From assembly GCA_030704615.1 (NCBI GenBank), contig CM060734.1:29698001-29762000 (forward strand): a stretch of 64,000 nt of DNA. Reading direction: 5' to 3'. Under the pieces are notes generated by a model that saw nothing but the letters and a program-made list of their open reading frames with translations, was not told the origin of the DNA and did no database searches. Below, piece by piece: positions 1 through 12,942 of the stretch (the stretch's first letter is position 1; every line of letters starts with the position of its first letter). This DNA is from Takakia lepidozioides (lineage: Eukaryota; Plantae; Bryophyta). A program made the translations under genes and the position numbers.

Positions 1-2659
1 GGAGCTACCAAGGGGCCACGTAGGTACTCTGGAGCTGTGGGCACCATCGAGCTTGATGACTTTATACAAGAGTTTGATAGTTGGTGTGATTTGCAGCAAA
101 TGCGCAATCCACAATTGTTTATGCCTTAAAGGGCCGCCCATGGATGACTACCATGAATTGAGGCAGGAAAATGAGGTGGAGATTGAGGAGTGGCGACAAT
201 ATTGGTCACCTGACTATGTCTCCATCACTAGAGGCACAACAGCAAGATCCATGGCAACAATGGCAGCAGCTACACCAGCGGCTTCTGCAAGTAGCAGTGG
301 AACAAGTGAGTCAGGATCAGCTAGGCCATCCACTGCCGTTCCTGCCGTTGCACCAACACCTGTGCCTGCTTTCAACCCGATTGTGGAGTTCTTCCAAGAG
401 TTGAGAAGGAACTACCAGGGGGTGAGAACAGAGAAGTTGCGGAGCTTGCAAGAGTTCTAGCGAAAGCCTACTGAGAGTTTGAGGGAGGCTTACACTCGCA
501 TGAGGCGCTTGATAAATGTAACCCAAGGGGTTACAGAAGCTCAAGCAGTTCAATTCTGGTATGGCATGTTGGACAAGGAGCTGAGGAGAGGGGTGCGGGA
601 TGCAACTCTCCTACAAGTGGCCCAACCCACCCTAGCAAATGTGTTTTTGCTAGCCGAGCGGATAGAGCTCAACATAGTGGAGGAGCGGGTGGTTATGGTG
701 GGGTTTGGCAAGGAGACACAACGAAGTGGGGCTCCCAGCCAACAACAACCAACTCCCCAACGTGCTCAAGGCAACAAGGGGGCTCAGAAGAAGCCCAGGG
801 AAGGTCATGAGAGAGGATCTTAGATGCAAATGTCTCTTCCTTCATTCTCAGGCCAGCAACAGACGAGTGTGTCATGTTGGGATTGTGGAGGACCTCATGT
901 CAAGAAGGATTGCCCGGAGAGAGGCAAAGGGCCGACACAGGCACAGCCTACACAAATACAGTGTGGACATTGTGGCAAGTACGGGCATGAGGAGGCCCAT
1001 TGTTATGACTTGCATCCTGAGCTACGACCAGGCCAGTTCCAAGAGAACAATGGTGGCCGAGGACGAGGCAATGTAGTCCAGAGAGGTAGAGGAGACAGAG
1101 GTGGTGGAGGTCGTAACCAAAACCAAGAAGCACAGGGTCAGGGTCAAGATCATGACCAAGGCATGGTGGATAGACTTGCCCAGCTATAGCAACGTCTTGC
1201 TGCCATGGCCACTACTCATGTTGCGCCAGCTCCAAGGCCTAAGGTTCAAGCTCCACCTGCACAATCTCCTATACCTAGGGAAGACCAGATTGGTATGGGC
1301 TTCATGTGTAGAGCCGCACTTGCAGGACCATTGCATGTGGACTCTGCAGTTGTTGTCACTCGAGCAACAACGCATGCTCCTGAGCCAAGAGGAGCGGATG
1401 TGGATTTTGATCCACAAAGAGGGGAAGCAAGTCGGCAGACAAGGCTTCCACAGTCTTTCATATTGGCTGAGACAGTGCCAACTATGCCATCGATGACACC
1501 CGCTCGCCCAAGTGTGTCAGAGGTAGAGTCACGAGTGCCATTGGGGAGAGTTGGTGTGGCTCGGGAAAGGCCAGTGGGTGGTACTGCAAAGCAAGGTGCA
1601 GCCAGTACATTGTTGGGGGCGGCTACAGCAATTTTCCAAGCTCCATTGTTTTCTGCCACGACAATTGCAATGCCAGAGATGCGGCTAGCTGCAGTGTTTA
1701 GACTGGTAGCTGTACTCTGTGAGAGTAGTGATGCATCGGCACTATCTGTGGGGATAGCGGATAAGGTGCAGTGCATGGATGCCCTGGATTCAAGGGTGAA
1801 GACAGCCACAGCTGCGCCATGGCAAGCAGCAGCTGCACGGTTGCAGTAGTTGCCAGCTAGGCCAGCCATTGAGCGCAGCATGGTGACTCCTGGGGTAGTT
1901 CTGGTGAACAATCAGGATGAAGTGTTTCAGTTAGGTGGCCCAACTGGGAGGAGGTATAGGCCACTGCGAGTCTTGTTGGACTCAGGAGCACAACCATTGA
2001 TGTTGGGGAGAGCAGCAATTGCAGGCTTGGGCCTTACAGAGACGGACTTGGAGCCTTGCCCTTTCCAAATTCAAACATCTTTGGGTGGTTCAGAGAAGGT
2101 GCGAGGGATCACACGCCATGAGCTCTTCATTCGATTGCAGCCGGATCATCCTACGAACGGCTCAGTCATGAGAGCATATGATGTGCTTGTTGGTGGGGTT
2201 GTGTTGTACCCCATGGGATTTACTCTGGACTTTTGGGAGGAAACGACATCTTACACGCCGGAGTGGCACTCAGGAGATGGCCGACGTGCACTGCTCCTAG
2301 TGCGGTTTATTGGGAATGTAGCGGTGGATCATAGGAACTCGATGCCCACATTGGCTGCATTCTCAGGGGTGGTGGCTTGGGGTGGTGAGCTCTTGGAGGG
2401 CAATAGCCATGCAGATGATAGGCCACCACCTGATGAGGACAAGCAATTGGCATACAAGGCTGAGTTGCTTCCTCATGTGCCTATGCATAGCTCACTGTGG
2501 GGTACAGTTGGGAATTTGCATCAAGTAGTAGGCGAGTGTGTGCAACAAGCATGGCAGGAGGCCTTTCCATTGGTGGGTGAGGGGAATTCAGTGACATCAC
2601 CTGGACCTCCTCAGTTAGCTCCATTGGACACAGTGCCCATTACCTGGCAACCACCTGAC

Positions 2660-3600
2660 TCAGGGATTTGTTTGCTAGACCTGTTTGGAGGCATGAGCAC
2701 TGGGCTTGCAGGAGTGTTGCAAGCTGGGATTAAAGTACGCAAGTACTTGTATGTGGAGAATAATAAGATTGCTCGGTGTATTTCTATGCGCCACATCGCC
2801 TTGCTCACACACCGGTATCCTGAGTTGTTGTCTCTCTCAGCAATTCAAGGGTATCAAAAGGCCTTGCCAGCAGACATTACCTTGCTGGGGGCGGAGGATT
2901 TGGACCGGCATGGTCCCATTGACTTGGTGATAGCAGGGTGGCCTTGCCAAGGACATTCTCCCGCAGGTCATGGTCATGGTAATGGTTTGCATGATGCAAG
3001 GTCGCATATGTTTTGGGAGATGTTGCGAGTGTTGTGTGACTTGCAAGTGAGGCAAGTGTAACCTCCAGCTTACATTCTGGAGAATGTTCCTCTCATGGGG
3101 GATTCTCGAGCCAGGGTTATGGCTAGTGTGCATCAGGTGCGGTCGTGGATTGGATCGGCGGTGCTCTTGGATGCAGCAACGGTGGGATCACGCGCGCATC
3201 GACCTCGATTGTGGTGGACCAATCTTGCACCACCACCAGAGCTGCTCAAGAGAGCATACAATTCCATTCAACGGCCACCCAATCTCACGGTTGAGGGCAT
3301 TTTGGACCAAGGGAGGTAACCACAAAGGGTGCGACATGATGACCGTCCACCTTTGGCGGTGGTCAATCGAGTGGGGCAGCCACGTACGGCCTTGCCTACG
3401 CTCATGAGCTTTCCCTCGTCTCATGCTTTTCGAGACAATGGTCCTGGGTTGATTTGGGACAGTGTGCTATAGCAATTGGTGGAGCCCAATGCGGATGAGC
3501 GAGAGCGGGCGATGGGGTTTGCCACCGGCACTACAGCTGTGCTAGCTCTGTCAGAGGCATCACGCCGACATGTGTTGGGTCAAGCAATGGATCTAAATTA
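2660..3600 (+). pseudogene. C5 DNA cytosine methyltransferase domain (DNMT3-like) in the gypsy polyprotein between protease and RT
   Basis: Motif I LLDLFGGMSTG (~2672), motif II YLYVE, motif IV IDLVIAGWPCQGHS (PCQ 2942-2950), motif VI YILENV (ENV 3080-3088), motif VIII AHRPRLWWTN (~3194), motifs IX/X ERERAMGF..LGQAMD. All are in the gag/protease frame, with stops at 3059, 3317 and 3470. Confidence 0.92.
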
Positions 3601-4142
3601 TTGGCTTATGCATGGTTGAGCAACGGAGATTGCAAGCAGTGGTGGCTACTTTGGCACTCCCATTGGATAGTGCATCCTCCCTGCCAACCGGGACGGTTGA
3701 GGCAGTGAGTGGGGGTGAACACAGGATCATGGGGTGCAAACACCCATGGCAGATGTGGGATGAGATACGGAAAAAGAGGGTCATTGGATCTCTCAAGGAG
3801 CAATATGAGGAGTGAGGAGAGCCATATACGAAGGATCAGTTGGAGGCCAAGGTGGCCAAGGCTCTTGAAGAGGTTGAGGATGTTTCTTTTGCGGAGGATG
3901 TTCTCAAGGTGGCTATGGCGGAGCAAGTGGAGACTACGCCACAGTCAGGGTGGGCGGATAATGCCCAAGAGGTTGCTATCTAGCAACCAAAGGATGCGTC
4001 TCCTACCTCCAAGCCTGGTGTACCCAAGGTTGCAGTCACTGAGGACAATTGGGAACCAGATGTCGGACCTACAGTCACTGGAGGAGAGAGACGGAGGATC
4101 CAACGATTTCTAAGGGCTTATAAAAATTTCTTTGCCTTCGGT

Positions 4143-5470
4143 TTGAAGGATTTGGGGAGTTTGAAGGGCCAGGAGATTCGTATTGATTTGGCAAGTGACA
4201 CGCCAATTTTTCGAAGGCCCTACAGGTATAGTGACATGGAGAGGTCTTTGATCCAGTCGCGGACTATGGAGTTATTCGAAGCTAGATTGGTGGAGTTGTC
4301 AGGCGGGGAGTATGCCTCAGCAACGGTGATGCCAGCTAAGAAAGATATCTATGGCAATTGGACAGAAAGGAGGATGTGTGGGGACTACCGTCCTGTGAAC
4401 CGTCAGACTAATTCCGATAGATATGCCATGCCAACTCCAGATGAGATCTTTGATGCCATTGGGCATGCAAAGGTGTTTAACACATTGGACTTGCGATCCG
4501 GTTACCACCAGTTGCCAATCAAAGAGGCTGACAAGCAAAAGACTGCATTCTTGGGGATTGACCAACATGGGAAGGATTGTTTGTACCAATGGCGGTTCCT
4601 ACCGTTTGGGTTGAAAAATGCCCATGCAAAGTTTCAGAGGGTCATGGATAGGATTCTTGCGGGGCTAGACTTCGCCCGGTGCTACATTGATGATATCATC
4701 ATCTTTAGTGCCACGGTTGAGGAGCATGAGAGACACCTTCAGGTGGTGTTTGAGCGCTTGAGAGCGCATGGGTTGAACTTGCACCCTGGGAAGTGCAAGT
4801 TCTTTCCAACCAGATTGAGTATCTGGGCCACATGATATACCCTGGAGGATTGGGTGTTCAAAAGACGAAGGTGGAGGCCATTGCACGCATTCCACGCCCC
4901 ATAGATGTTAGCAGAGTTTGTGCTTTCATGGGATTGGCAAACTACTATCGACGGTTTGTCAAGGGATTTAGCAGCATTGCAAAGGCTCTTACCAAGTTGA
5001 CCAAGGTGGGTCAAGAGTGGCAGTGGGAGGAAGAGCAGGAGGAAGCCTTTGAGGAACTCAAGGCTCGATTGACTTCTGCACCTATTTTGAGGCGGCCTAT
5101 TCGGGGGCAGCCTTTCCAGCTACATACGGATTGAAGTATGCTGGGGATTGGAGCAGTGCTCACACAGGTGGATGATGAGGGAAGAGAGTTTGTAGCCGCT
5201 CGAACAATGATGCCGAGGCGAAGTATAGTTCCTATGAAGGGGAGTGTCTAGCTGCGGTATGGGCAGTGGCACATTTTAGATGCTACCTCTATGGCAATCT
5301 CTTCACCCTTGTCACGGATCACCAACTATTGAAGTGGTTGATGGAGTCAGACAAGCTTACAGGGAAGCTTGCACGGTGGGCACTTATGCTTCAAGAGTAC
5401 GACTTCCAGGTGGTGCATCGAGCCGGTATAGTCAATCGGGATGCAGATGGGTTGAGTCGTAATCCATGCA
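4143..5470 (+). pseudogene. gypsy reverse transcriptase and RNase H (frameshifted)
   Basis: ORFs 4143-4835, 4793-5134 and 5266 onward carry canonical RT and RNase H motifs (YIDD, FMGLANYYRRF, LHTD, TDH). Confidence 0.95.
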
Positions 5471-5689
5471 CGAGCGAACATGATGATACTGGAGCTCGGT
5501 GGCATGGTGAGACGGATGAGGAGATGGTGCCAGGATGGCATGCATCTGCCTTTTTGTGCATTCTAGCAATGGGAGCTCAAGCTGGTCCATCCCATGTGAT
5601 TGGTCATGGAGATAGTATGCATGACAATCCAGAGATCAATGAGGAGTTTGGTGGTGCTAAGGATGTGCATGAAGATGCAGCAGTGTTGG

Positions 5690-6903
5690 CCCACCTTCAT
5701 ACCGGAGAAACAACAGCCAGTGTGACTGCTAAAGAGAGAGATCGGATCCTACAACGGGCCGAGAGGTTCAAGTGGGAGGAGACTCACCTGCTCCGAGTAT
5801 GGGAGGATGGACGAGTGAGAATTGTGCCTCATCCAACACAACGAACGCGATTGGTACGCCATGCCCATAAAGAGTTGGGACATTTTGGGGTGCGGCGCAC
5901 TCATAGTTTGCTGCAAGGGCAGTATTGGTGGCGGGGCATGCACACAGATGTGCAACAGTTAGTGGCAAGGTGCATGGTGTGTGATAGGGTGCGTGCTTCC
6001 TTTAATGCACCTACTCCACAATTGCATCGTTTACCCATCATGGGATTGAGATATCGATGGAGTCTTGACTTTGCGGGACCATTGCCACTAACGATGCGCC
6101 ACAACAAGTATGTGCTGGTGATGGTGGAACACTTCTCCAAATGGATTGAGCTGGTGCCATTGCCTGACAAGGCAAGTGAGGGGCTGGGTATGCATTTTTA
6201 GATCAAATGCTTAGCCAATTTGGTGCTCCAGCCGAGGTACTCACGGACCAGGGGAGAGAGTTCTCGAGGGAGTTTCGGGCTTTGTGTGAGCAAGCCTTGA
6301 TAGATCACCGCACTACTTCTCGGGATCATCCCGAGGCTGATGGCCTGGCAGAGAGGGTTGTACAAACAGTCAAACGAGGGTTGCGCAAGTATAGCTTGCA
6401 GAAGAGACTCTTGGGAGATTGGGATCTTCAACTACCTTGGTTGGCCATGGGTTACAGGTTTATCTACCTTGGTTGGCCATGGGTTACAGGTTACTTTCTT
6501 CTCTTCGGCCGAGAGCCAGATTTACCTACATCTATTCGCAGGGAGGCTGCAGTAGTCCTTGACCTTGATGATCCGGATGTGTGGACACGAGCATGTGACC
6601 AGCGGACAGAGTTGTTCAAGAGAATCATGCCTATGGCTTTTGAGAATCTTGCTATTGCCCAACACTGAGACACATTGAGGTATGCCACCATACGTGGAGG
6701 CGGATATCGACCGGGTATTCGAAAATTCAACCTTGGGGACTATGTGTATCTGCAGCAGACAACGCCTACAACCTTGGATGTCACAGCAAGACGTGTGATT
6801 CTAAGGGTCAGGGAGGTGTTGCCTTCAGAAGTGTTGATTCTGGAGGGTCGAGATGACATGATATGGAAGGATCATGTGCGCAATTGTGCGCCATGTTACC
6901 TCC
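5690..6903 (+). pseudogene. gypsy integrase (frameshifted; split by the MULE)
   Basis: HHCC zinc finger and DDE core; ends RNCAPCYL at 6902 and continues PHVDGRIDPNLAVVPAGLR from ~18252. Confidence 0.93.
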
Positions 6904-7680
6904 GAGGTAGCCTATACTATATGCGCACACAAATGCATGCATATGGGGAATGTATGCGTGCATACAAATTTTAGATATGCATAGGAACAATTTTATATGC
7001 ACAACACTTAAATAAGGGTACCCAAAATAAAAATAAAAATTGTGATTCATCTAATCTTAGGGTCCATAGTCAAAATATCAAAGGATGAAATAAGAATATT
7101 CTATATAGAATATTCCATATTCATTGTATTATTATTCCACATGGGTGAGTGTAGGAATGGGAGAGGAACATGTTGCTTTTATGGCTTTCCAACATGAGAA
7201 AAAAGGTCAAAAAATTAAAAAGTGACGAGGCACGGCTCCTTGTTAGATACATATGGTGAAGGTACGGGCTCTTCCAATGGTGGGAGTCTAGTTTGAAGTT
7301 CAGAATGGAGCAATGCTAAGGGAATGCTAGGGAGCTTGACAATGTGATGGAGATGGTCCGCCTGCGCATTTGGTAGTAAATGGCGGTGGCCCGCAAGGAA
7401 TTCAATTTTACAAAAAAGACTATTGATTGGTAATCGAACCCGCAATCTCATAACTTAAAAAACATAATCCTTACCAAACCACCACCCATTTAATCTTGTT
7501 ACATAGGTTTTGCAGTATCTATATATCTATCTTCTGAAACATTTTTATTTTACAAAAACATAATGTCCATCAGAGATAGAACCCACAACCTATCGGGTAT
7601 CAAGCCTAGTTCATACCACTACACTACCCATTCAGACTTTGAAACCCTAATGAAATGAAACACTAATGAGATAAAGATAG

Positions 7681-10600
7681 TCACCCTGTGTGTACATAAC
7701 ATGCACAATACTCATAAGGGTTGATCTTACTAATGATGAAATTTGATAGTGCTGAAGTGCATGTCGAACTTGCATTTAGGTAACTCACAGGACGTTGAAT
7801 GGTTGGAGTTACCACAGATGAAACCAAAACGGGTTGAGTATTTTGAAGTGCAGAGAGATGTGCTACATACAACGTCTGGTCCCCCTCAAGACCAAATACG
7901 TGACGTCCAGACTCGCGGGCAGCAATAAATGTAGAACCTGCAGGAAAAAAACATGCAATGATGATATTATATCGGATAACAGTTAATGATCATGAATCAG
8001 CTCAGAAGATTTTAATTACAAAATGGAGACCAATGCAACCTGTGCCAGCTGTGAGATCCAAATGCGGGAGCTAGGAGGTGAGCATTCTCCAACAACACTT
8101 GCATGAAGGCGGGACTACGGTCTCGCGCACCCCTCCAGGCTTGTTGAGGAGTTTGCATGGGTAGTGCAACATCTGGAATGTGGTTGTAGATGACATCCAA
8201 CTCAACAGGGTCTGCAAGGGGGTCCACAACTTTGCCAGACTCACGCAGTTTGAATAGTCCTCCTTGCTTGGTGAGGACATGGGCGTGGAAGAACCGGTCT
8301 GTTAGACGTGCCATTTCCACAAAACAGTGCACCCGGATGGTTTAATAATAGATATGAGAGTAGGAAGATGAAACATCAAACAATGAGATATTGAAGAGGG
8401 ATGATTTTTACCTTTCCTGTCTGAGTGTGTAGAGGGGTGGTATTGATGCAAGTATATTTCCTTGATAATACGGAAATAGAGCTGCCCCTGGAGTAAGAAA
8501 AGAGCTCCAATGCAAAGGAATCATCGGAGCCCTGCAAGAACACCAAGCATCCATTGTCATTCAATAGGTCATTAGCAATGGAGAATGCATATTCCCAATA
8601 CCGTTTATCAAAAGCATTCCAGGGAGGAACTTGTACACCATCCAAACAGCCCTGTACAGGCATTCCTGTTGGGCAGTCCACGATGATCATGTCCACAGCC
8701 ACAGGCACGCTTTTTCCATCCACAACACTAAACCAAGTTCCTGGAAACTGCAAACAACATACAGAAAATATAGGAGTCAATAGCCGGATGATGAGGATAT
8801 AAAAACATCGAAGATTCCTTACATTCAAGTTTGTTTGTTGGGGGAAACTCACATTTTTTAAGAACTCCATGAGCTCTTTCAAGGTCGCATCAGGAGATGT
8901 ACTTGAGGCCTCCACCATATCAATGAAATGAGTAGGCATGATCTTCATGCAATACATGCTAGGTGCACCACCAGAAAATGACACTGCACTGTAAGGATGT
9001 TCGCCTGCCTTTGGCTTGTTTCCTCGAGTAGTAGGTGCAGGCACTACAACACTGATTTGAAGGATGTGAAGAACTACCAATAGGACCACAGCAATAGAAG
9101 CCACACCTGCATTGACATCCGCACCTTTTCTTTTTCGTGATTTGCATTTTGGTACACCCACAACGGCAGGGACCACTTGGGCTACAGCGTCAGCGGCCTG
9201 TGTAGCAATCTGTTCTGCATGCTCTAGATCAAGAACATGGACTTCAGTGGAGATACCCCCTTCATCACTCACTGACTGCCTGCGAACACATTCCTTATGA
9301 AGTCCCATTTCTGCATAGGGGATAGTACCCTTGGGCATATCCAAATACCAACCCCCCCCTCCCGTGTTCCACACCCCAATCTTCCTCAATTGCAGGTGTG
9401 TACATGGAAGCTTGTTGAGCACCAAACTTCCAGGCCATCAGAAACTTGGGCTCAGCCTTAAGTCGATCACTTGGTACAAGCACAAATCTCATGTACCTAA
9501 AATACAAACACATTCAAAGTTATTGTGGAGACAAATATTTATGCAACCTGTTCAACAATTGAACAAGCACATTAAGAAACATGTATATCCCAATGTACTA
9601 GAAAAATACTTGAAGCATAGACATTTTTGACTTACAAGGTGTATACACTATCCATGTACAATGCAATGGAAAGATGGTACCTGAATAAAATCCGTCTCAC
9701 CACCTATTCCCCACCTGTTTGTTGTTCCCAATCATTGCCTCTGAATGGCCCCTTTGGCAATGAGAACTCTCTATGAAACAACTCATTGAAATGAGTCATC
9801 TTCCATGTATCCATGTAGTCTCCCAGACTCTCACTCTCTCCTTCCTCCAAGGCAACATGAAATTGGCCAAGCTGAGTGGTGTACAAGGCAAACTGAGCCA
9901 AGGCAACCTTGCGAAGCTGCCAGAAAATACAGTCAGTTAAATAACTATGTTAATGTGTCATCAACAAATGAATTAATTGCATTGAGAAGATAGTGATTGT
10001 ATATGTACCTGCCACCAAAAAGTCCTTCTATTCAGCCAAGGATCAAGTGTTGGCCCACTGATAGGCCCGGGTGGAAAAAATTACGGTCGTGAAGTGTTTG
10101 GTCTCCATTCCATATATGTAGCCATTCCACCTTTTCTTCAGGATCCACCCGGCGGTAGCAATGTTCACCATTTTCTCTTGGGTCATTTCCTCTGATCCTG
10201 CCTTTACACGTGACCAATGCAGTTTAAGTTCTTGGAGAAACCCCTCTCCAAGGGTTGGATCAGCAATAGGAAGCAACTTCACAAGCTGACTCTTGTGTTG
10301 CTCCCTTGCTTTCAATCCAGCCTGTCTCATTGTATCTTCAAGGCCCTCTTGACTTTTGGCCCCTCAGCAAGTTTGTAAGCTTCCCCCCCGCCATGCGTTG
10401 GGCCTCAACAATATCATGCTGCCAAAAGAACCAAAACAGTTCATAACATGAACCAGAGGTGAATCTTGTCTATGGATGCAAAGAATGAAACTTGGTTACG
10501 ACATGATGTTACCTTGTACAAAATCTTTGTCATTGCATGGACTATCAGGTTATACCAAGTCTTTCCTGCTTTCTTGATGCATTCGTCGTATTGCTCTTTC

Positions 10601-12942
10601 CTAAATACATTCTTCCATTCAGAGACAGTGTAAGGCCAATCATATTGACCTTGCAAACCAAGTGCACAAATTTGGATGTAACATGTGCCCTCTCTGTTGC
10701 CCTGCACATATAAAATATGATCATTAGAAAGAAGATGTGTATATGTACATCCATTGAGCAAGAACATGACAACATTGAACATGAAAGTAAATGAAGAATA
10801 GAAAAGAAACTCACACATTCACTCCATCCATGATGGACCTGAGGGAACCACGATTTTCAATGTCCGCATTGAGCACCCAACTTGTCACATAGACATGTCT
10901 TGACAAGTTGGCCCCATGAACTTCATTGATATAGGGATACCATGCTTGAAGCCTATGATTCCCATCCCAGACATGAAACTCTCCCCCTGAAGATGATGCA
11001 ACTTTGCTTGGACTCAAGATACTTCTCAAATTCATCATTGACTGTTTTCCAATGACTATCCCATGTAGAGATGATATCAGGACCTACATCTATAGTAGAT
11101 CCATCAATCCCCTCAACAGAAACATAGAACACGGCTGCTCCTGGATGGTATCCAGAATAGAAGTCTCATCTAAGCTTTAGGATGTCATTGGCAAGGGCGG
11201 GCCTAACAACCTGCATAGAAATCATGCGACACAATGGAATGTCCATAACTCCATCCTCAATGAGGAGGGACCTGAAAGTTACATTCAGATCTTGTTTCTT
11301 TTCCAGAATAATTGCCTGTTTGGCATCTAGAGAAAGAGGATCACTAGATGTTGTATCCTCTTCATACTCATCTGCCCCCCAATTCCCTGCATCAATGTCG
11401 TCAATAATGGTTGCAAGCGTCCCGGCCTCCACAGCTTCAGTTGTAGTAGTAATTTCCTAATTCCATAGACCAAAACAGTTCAAGATGTCAGTGTATGAGA
11501 AGAGCACATGTGTGAATGTATAATATGTAAAAAGAGCAGTTCAGTGTCATGGTTGCATGAAGAAAACAAATGAATTTGGATAGTCAACAAATTCCATGAA
11601 TATCCTTGTCTTTCAAAGCTTACAAACTTGGAGCAGAATACAGGCCTGAGCATCCCGACAGAGGACCTCCGACCACCTACGCCGGTGCATATGACACATA
11701 TGTGCAACCAACTCAAAATTTGACAAGATTTGAGGCCCTTGAAGAAAATTTTGCTCAAGGAGCTCCAAGCATATGCGCCGGCGCATACCATGGAAGGGAG
11801 GTTGTAGCCAAACATACAAGAGCACCTTGAAAGATCAAACTAGGCCTATGGAAGCATGTGGAGTTGTGGAGGTGGCAACGTAGAAGCTTTGAGATACTTG
11901 AATGCTGTGATCAACCAAAATAGGGAAGGTTCTGCAAGCGTCTGCGCCGACGGAGGTGGCAGCCTCGACACTTTGGAGCTTACGTAACACAAGGAATATA
12001 CAACAAAAAACCAAGCTCCAAGCATCTCTGCCGGCGGAGATGCTTGCATGGGTTCCTGAAACCTAGGAGCTAAGCAAAAAAAGATTGTGCTCAATGGGTA
12101 TGCGCTGGCGGATATGGCAGCCCAGCCCGCTCGGAGCATCACAACTTATGAGAATGCGGAGAAACAAAAGAGATGGAAGGGGGGAGAACTTCCTGAAATA
12201 TGTGAGCAGCCCTGCTCACGGGTCTGCGTTGACAAGTGGCAGCCTTGGCGCTTTGGAGCTTCCGTAACATAGGGAATATGCAAAAAAAACCAAGCTCCAA
12301 GTGTCTCCACCGGCGGAGACGCTTGCAGGAGGTTCCTGAAACCTATGAGCTGAGCAAAAAAAAATGTACTCAATGGGTATGCGCCGGCGGATATGCAGCG
12401 CAGCCCACTCGGAGCATCAGCAACTTTGAGCATGCGGAAACAAAGGAGATGGAAAGGGAGAACTTCCTGAAACATTTGAGCAGCCCTGCTGCACAGGTAT
12501 GCGCCGGCGGATACGCCAGCCCAACCCGCTCGGAGCATCAGCAACGTATGAGCATGCAAAAATAAATGGATCGGGGAGTAGATGAGCACTTCTTGAACAT
12601 GTGAGCATCCCAGCTCCAACGGTATGCGTCGGCGGAGGTGGCAGCCCACTCCTTCCAAGCATCAGAAAAAACCAAGGGGAATGAGCTGTCTCCGCCGGCG
12701 GAGACGATGTGTGTATGTGTGAGATTCGCAAACTTGTGAGAGTTGAAGTGAACTTAGGCACTGCGCCGGCGGAGGTGCTAGATTAGGACCAGCTTGGTGG
12801 GGCTTATGCGATGGCGCATATGCCTAAGTGCAGGTTATGAAAAAAAACAAAACTACAGCTTACCCTTCTCCGTCTGCAGCTTGCCTCTACCACCACCACC
12901 ACCAGCAACGCCTCCCCCTCGAGTGTCCTTCTTCCTCCCCAT
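7681..12942 (-). pseudogene. Multi-exon MULE cargo gene: ParB/Srx-like N-terminal domain plus C-terminal beta-class N4C/N6A DNA methyltransferase-like domain (degenerate)
   Basis: ParB-like DIPLCRMISMQVVR...FHVWDGNHRLQAW (~11250-10940). MTase motif IV-like VDMIIVDCPTG (~8696-8664), LLNDNGCLVFL, WRGARDRSP, then motif I LDLTAGT/G-STFIAARESGRHVFGLE spliced across a GT-AG intron at 8039-7938. Putative first exon 12942-12864 (MGRKKDTRGGG.., gtaag donor) is less certain. A stop at 11166 and frameshifts are present. Confidence 0.78.
11680..12816. repeat. Array of ~13 palindromic CGCCGGCG motifs within a ~280-bp tandem unit
   Basis: Cores at 11680, 11776, 11945, 12029, 12103, (12227), 12308, 12382, 12502, 12627, 12693, 12764, (12809). 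Perfect 18-bp palindrome gtctccgccggcggagac at 12688-12705. Offsets 12029->12308 and 12103->12382 are both 279 bp. Confidence 0.9.

Larger units (their letters stand above)
1..6903 (+). mobile_element. Ty3/gypsy LTR retrotransposon internal region (gag-PR-DNMT-RT-RNaseH-INT), degenerate; interrupted by a MULE and resuming at 18252
   Basis: Gag with two zinc knuckles (CWDCGGPHVKKDC, CGHCGKYGHEEAHC), protease LLDSGA, RT (RMCGDYR, LDLRSGYHQ, YIDD), RNase H (TDH, DADGLSR), integrase (HHCC HKELGH..CMVC; LDFAGP, TDQGREF, GLAER). The RT-RH-INT order indicates gypsy. Many nonsense codons and frameshifts. Confidence 0.95.

Noticed and set aside
1246-1911. Antisense ORFs over TEs (also 62024-62740, 52242-52772 and 32233-32850)
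   Set aside because: They are shadow frames of real coding strands and contain no domains.
2660-3600. Host DRM/DNMT3 gene or bacterial contamination
   Set aside because: It is intronless, in frame with gag and protease, and contiguous with plant TE and gene sequence.
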